A stretch of 56,669 nt of DNA from Octopus bimaculoides (Eukaryota). Below are positions 51,708-56,669 of the stretch, piece by piece. The position numbers were made by a program, and so were the translations under genes. The notes under the pieces are model-generated. The model was given only the letters and a program-made list of their open reading frames with translations, was not told the DNA's origin and made no database searches. Within the stretch, counting starts at the first letter, position 1. Each line of letters starts with the position of its first letter. Location: positions 26,159,670 to 26,216,338 of the forward strand of contig NC_069000.1 of assembly GCF_001194135.2 (NCBI RefSeq), given 5' to 3'.

Positions 51708-52379
51708 CATACATATTTAAAATAAAAATTGCATTACTTTCTGACTCATTCTTATGCCATCATTGACAGTTTACATTTGTCTTCTCTGCTGGTCCAGTCC
51801 CAGTATGTTCTTATTCAGAACTACTGTCCCACTCAAATATTCCATTTTTTTGCATGGTTTCTGTGGCTGGGTGCCCTACCAACTACTTTACACATGATAA
51901 TGGATACATATTTTCATAACATCAGCATGAGAGAGGGTGTAGTGCGATGTAAGACAAAGCAAATGATTCATAGATACAGCTGATGGATGTGAGACTAATA
52001 AGAATCTCTTAAGAGATAACCTGTGAGAAATATAGTTTTCTATATGTGGTGACAAGCAGAATGGAGTACCAAGTATGGGTAAATTTGATGCTGCCTTTGT
52101 GTGTATAGATAGACAGACACTTTATTCTGTAGGTTAAAATTTTGCTCTCACAAACAATAGAGATTATGTTATACATCACATTCAATAAAAAATATGTACA
52201 CAGTGTTTGAAGTGTTGTACAGATATTGTATATTAAGAAAGAGGAGGCAGTCAGAATTGTGGATAAAATCTTCTTTATTAGTACTTTCATCCATGGATGA
52301 AAGCACTAATATAGAATTATCCAAAATTTTGACTGCCTCCTTCTTCTTTATATATATAATGATAAAGATCTTTCCCAGG

Positions 52380-52500
52380 TCATATAGATTCAGAGGGCCA
52401 GTTCCTTAGTTTCCATGGCATGTTTTGCTCACCTGGTCCATGAACTGAAGCCACAATCTTACAATCATGAGCCCAACACCCTAACCACTAAGCCACATGC
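52380..52500 (-). mobile_element. tRNA-head SINE fragment
   Basis: Minus: gcatgtggcttagtggttagggtgttgggctcatgattgtaagattgtggcttcagttc (A box, degenerate B box). Confidence 0.7.
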
Positions 52501-52559
52501 TTCCATTATATACTCATACCATATTCATCATCATCATTATTTAACATGTTTTCCAAGCT

Positions 52560-52616
<57 letters not shown>

Positions 52617-52689
52617 TCATTTCACACACACACACACACATATATGACAGGCTTTTTTCAGTTTCTATCTACCTAATCCACTAATCTAT

Positions 52690-52790
52690 TTGCAAGGCTT
52701 TGGTCAGCCTAAGGCTAATAGAAGAGATACTTGACCAAGGTGCAGTGAGACTGAACCTGAAACCATGTGGTTGGGAAGCCACACCTCTGC
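52690..52790 (-). mobile_element. SINE family B 5' part
   Basis: Reverse complement of cttcccaacc...ggttcagt...caccttgg-caagt...gaccaaagccttg. Confidence 0.7.
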
Positions 52791-53523
52791 CTGTATGTGT
52801 ATGTGTGTGTGTGTGTGTGTGTGCATAAGGAAGTACTAAGTCAGAGCAGTGCTTTGGTAGAATTGTTAGAGTATCAGCTGAATAAGCTGCTAGGGTTCTA
52901 CACTCTTTTGTGCAGATGTGACAGTGATGAATACCTCTTGCAGTAGGTGTTTACAAAGCTTAACCACACATGCTGATACACAGCTTTGTTCCATTATGGA
53001 ATCTTTCATTGATTCTTTTGCCACAGTCAGCAATTTTATGTAACACATGATAGAGCTGTTAAAAATCAAGAGATACATGTGTCTGAAACATTTTGAGGCA
53101 ACTTATTTATGCATTTCCCTCCCCCCCCCAAAAAAAAAGTACAGATCTACATCCTGGCATGCAACTGAAGTTGCAGGTGTTACATCGGAGTTTTCTTTCT
53201 CGAGAAATGTCTGAATAAAAGCTCGAGGTCTCTCACTCCTAGCTGTTGGATGACTGTCAAAATGTGTGTGTATGTGTTTATGTGTATATATTTGCATGTG
53301 TATGTGTATATATGCATACACATACACTTATATGTGCATACATGCACATTATACATACATTCATACAACTGTGTGTGTGTGTGCACACGTGATTTTTCAT
53401 GTTAACACACTTTGAACAAAATCTATTAAGTTATAACTATATATATAATTCAATAAATAGATTGTAAAACAAATATGAGAATGTGTGCATAGATATATAT
53501 GTGTGTGTGCATATACACACATA

Positions 53524-54675
53524 CAAGAGTGGGCTGACTATGAAGGGGTGATGTTAGAGCTGCGAAATCTTCATGCAATAATTTCAACCCTTGTTAATAA
53601 TTGCATTCTTTCTATCCAGATAAACTGACATCTGACTGTTCAAAGTAGACTTCAAAAGTAACTGGTAGCAACAGCAAATATATCATCATTACTGCAATAC
53701 TGGTTCCCAGCTAAGTATTTTTTCATGTTGGGAAACAGATGATAGATGGGACCAAATCAGGATAAATCAGGAGGGTGATCAACCAGTTCAAAACTACAGT
53801 CATGCATAGCTGTCATTGAAAGCTAAGATTTATGTACTGGAGCATTGTCCTGATGAAACAAGACCTCATTTGTCAGTTTTCCTGGGCGTTTTGTCTTAAT
53901 AGCCTTCCATAACTGCCTCAGGAAGTTATTAGAGCACACTCCACTATTGAAGATAGTCAATAAACACAATACCTTTTGCATGCAAAAAATAAACTGAGGC
54001 CATAACCTTCCCAGCTGAGGGGACGGGTTTCCACTGCATAGTTTGTGTCTTTGTCTCTTGCACAAAGTGATGAAGCCAACATTCATCCTGGATTAGGAAA
54101 CATTCAAGGAAAGCAGCTGTGGAATCTGCCTGGAACAATGTCAGATTTTGCTGTGATGTGATCATCAGGTATTAGAAGACACCCACCAAGCTCATTGTGC
54201 AGAATATTCTCATCTTTCTCAAGGGATATGGTAATAGCATTGGCTGTTTGATTTATAGTCAGTTGCCTGTCATGTAGTGAACACAGTCAATATTTTCTTC
54301 AGTGGTGGCAATTTCAGGACGTCCTGACCTTCGATTGTATTTATGATACTCCATTCCCCTCCTAAATTCAGCTGCCCATTTTTGCAGTTGATAAAACTGG
54401 AGCATCATCCTCTAATGTAGCAACTATGTCAGCATATGTTCTTAGGGACTAAATCTGTAGATTCTTGTTAACACCACAATGCTAAATTTTGTCCATTTTC
54501 AAGAGCAGTTATTACTAGTTACTTTAAAATCTTCTTTGAACAATCAGATGTCAATTTACCTGGAAAGAAACAATGGAGTTATTAATAAAAAGGGTTGAAA
54601 TTAATGCATGCAAAATTTTACAGCTTTGACATCACTCCTTCATAGTCAACCTATGAATGTTTCAGCCCACCCTTG
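53524..54675 (-). mobile_element. Mariner relic with ~150-170 bp inverted ends
   Basis: Decayed MDKI...DIVATLEDDAP; CWLHHFVQETKTQTMQWK; PSAGKVMAS; FHQDNAPVHKS; ELVDHPP...YHLFPNMKK. Ends caagagtgggctga / tcagcccacccttg, with TA at 53522-53523. Confidence 0.88.
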
Positions 54676-54691
54676 TGTGTGTGTGTATATG

Positions 54692-54723
<32 letters not shown>

Positions 54724-55061
54724 NNNNNNNNNNNNNNNNNNNNNNNNNNNNNNNNNNNNNNNNNNNNNNNNNNNNNNNNNNNNNNNNNNNNNNNNNNNNN
54801 NNNNNNNNNNNNGTATTAAAGATGTACTAAGAGAAAGGCTTTTCATTCAGTTTTCTTTCACTCGGTTCAGTCCACATAGGCACTCTGCCCTTTATAGAGT
54901 AGCATCAGCTTTACCAAGAAATTTTCTGTCATCTCTTGGATTTTTGCCTGTTTTTTGTTTGTGTTCTTCTTGTTCTGATCTTTTTCGTTTCTTCTTATCT
55001 TTTTATTTTGGTTAGTTTCAATTATTTTCAATATTATTACTATGATGATTAAGACTATTAC

Positions 55062-55095
<34 letters not shown>

Positions 55096-55152
55096 ATCTT
55101 GCTACTTTTTTATTTATTTAGGTCTTACAATCTTAGGCGAGTATATACATAC

Positions 55153-55198
<46 letters not shown>

Positions 55199-55875
55199 AT
55201 TTTTTTCCTATTATATAACTTTTTTTTCTTTTTAATGTTATGTGCCTAGTGCTGGTGATTGATCTTGATCTGTGCAATTAACTTTTCTCTGATTTCACAT
55301 TCTCAAGGCCAGTTTCAAATCCCCCACCAGCTGAACGGCAGCATATCACTGATGGATTGAAGCTGAAGGCTGGCTAGGTTAAATTTTTTTTTTCCCTAAT
55401 TGTATGTTCTGTTTGCTTTCAATATCCTTTTATAAGCTTACAATAACTATCGTCAATAACTTTAATTGTAGATAACTTTTTTTTTCTTTTTTGGAACTAG
55501 AATGTTTTAATTTTTTTTTTCATCTTACCTTCATTGATATTGAAAATAGGTGTGAAGTGACATAGGAATGAAAGGTAATTAGAATTATTTATGAACACTT
55601 GCTATGCAATAATTGCATTTGATGAAATTATCAGATATTATATTATTCATTTATAGAATGTAGCCTCATGGCTAAAATTGATTCCACAACTTGAATGCTG
55701 CAATGAAAAAGCATTCAGTTGTTTATAAGAAAGTTGTTTCTTTAATTGACATATGTAAGTATCTAACCTTGTAAAAATTACACAATATTGAGGTATCACC
55801 AAGGCAGTCATCCTATCTAAACTGCAATATTGATTTTGATTTAAAGGCATTTGAGTTATTATTGTTGTTGTTGTT

Positions 55876-56076
55876 AGCTGGCAGAACTGTTGCCATGCTG
55901 GACAAAGTGCTTAGCAACATTTTTCCAACTTTACATTCTGAGTTTAAATCCCTCTTGGAATGACTTTCCCTTTTCATCCTATCAGGGTCGATAAAATAAG
56001 TACCAGTTGAGTACTGGGGTTGATCTAACCAGCTCCCCTAAAATTGTTGGCCTTGTGTCAAAATTTGAAACCATTA
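55876..56076 (+). mobile_element. SINE family A
   Basis: agctggcagaactgtt...gagtttaaatcc...tcatcctatcagggtcgataaaataagtaccagttgagtactgggg...ggccttgtgtcaaaatttgaaacc. Confidence 0.85.
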
Positions 56077-56669
56077 TTGATACATGTACACACATACATA
56101 CATATACACAATAGACTACTTCTACATATAAGATGAAAACTTCCAAGGGCAATCTTAAACTTAAGTTACTAGGAGATTCTTTTTCCAGGGGCAAGAGCCT
56201 CACTCAAGAATACTGTAAAATTTCTCGTCCATAAGATATGAGTCAAAAAAATTACCTCATATTACATCTTCTCAAGTTTCAAATGCTAGAGAAGTATTTT
56301 AAAATTTCTTGTGTAGAAAATTCTCATTGCAGTTTACATTTCTTGTTTGAACTGTGTCAAACGGCAAGAGAAATATCTATCTGACTACATCTGGAAATTT
56401 TACATCAGCCTTCCTTTTTTTTGTTTAAGGTAAATTCTCTGAAATGTGAGCTACTTTTAAAGGTTTTGAAAGGTCACATCTTTAAACCTGTTCTTTGTAG
56501 AGAGTGAAGGGTGGGGATCAACAAATCGATTTAGGAAACTGTTGTTATTGATGAAGGTATTTTTTTCTGTTTTATTTTATCTTTTTTTTTTTTTTTTAAC
56601 TGGAAAACAAAATTCTTAAAATTTATTCAACATTCAACTACAATGAAGTTTGTATTTGGCTAAAAAAGA

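Larger units (their letters stand above)
43599..54812. other. Five assembly gaps downstream of the last visible exon
   Basis: N runs at 43599-43608, 44675-45024, 48706-49063, 51499-51654 and 54724-54812. Confidence 0.95.

Noticed and set aside
44290-53055. Possible minus-strand exons (KCNNIHWLMLVEK...ILATL* ~44300-44430; LILEGGMNNG... ~45402-45585; DNHQIDITELQ... ~50687-50765; SIMCYIKLL...LLQE ~52935-53055)
   Set aside because: Some have plausible splice sites, but phases do not chain, I recognise no protein, and strand composition favours plus-strand transcription. BLASTX or RNA-seq could overturn this.
5299-54846. Many [14 protein letters not shown] and X-rich ORFs in the track
   Set aside because: They are translations of microsatellites and N gaps, not genes.
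1-56669. tRNA genes, rRNA, CRISPR arrays
   Set aside because: All tRNA-like A/B boxes belong to SINE heads. No rRNA or repeat-spacer array was seen.

Overview
Eukaryotic genomic DNA: AT-rich, dense in (TA)n/(CA)n microsatellites, with many N gaps. The repeat families and assembly style point to an octopus, but that is recalled, not searched. One host gene is supported: a plus-strand SLC6 Na+/Cl- neurotransmitter:sodium symporter of glycine/amino-acid type. Eight exons (33797-43393, TM1-TM8) splice in frame. A candidate 8-codon first exon lies at 12487-12510. The TM9-TM12 exons are not visible. Its TM7 Na1-site Asn is replaced by Gly. The rest is mobile DNA: a LINE ORF1 fragment running off the left edge (missed by the ORF track), a ~3.1 kb decayed CRE-clade retrotransposon (RT + restriction-like endonuclease), two RTE LINE fragments with a PHD-like finger inside RT, three different mariner relics, a hAT MITE and many tRNA-derived SINEs. 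The most notable unannotated signal is a near-canonical type I hammerhead ribozyme (1130-1191, minus) between two ~99% identical 228-bp direct repeats (period 512 bp), a Penelope pLTR or retrozyme-like layout. A second hammerhead family lies at 31555-31615, and several long intronic hairpins are present. All folds and alignments were done by eye.
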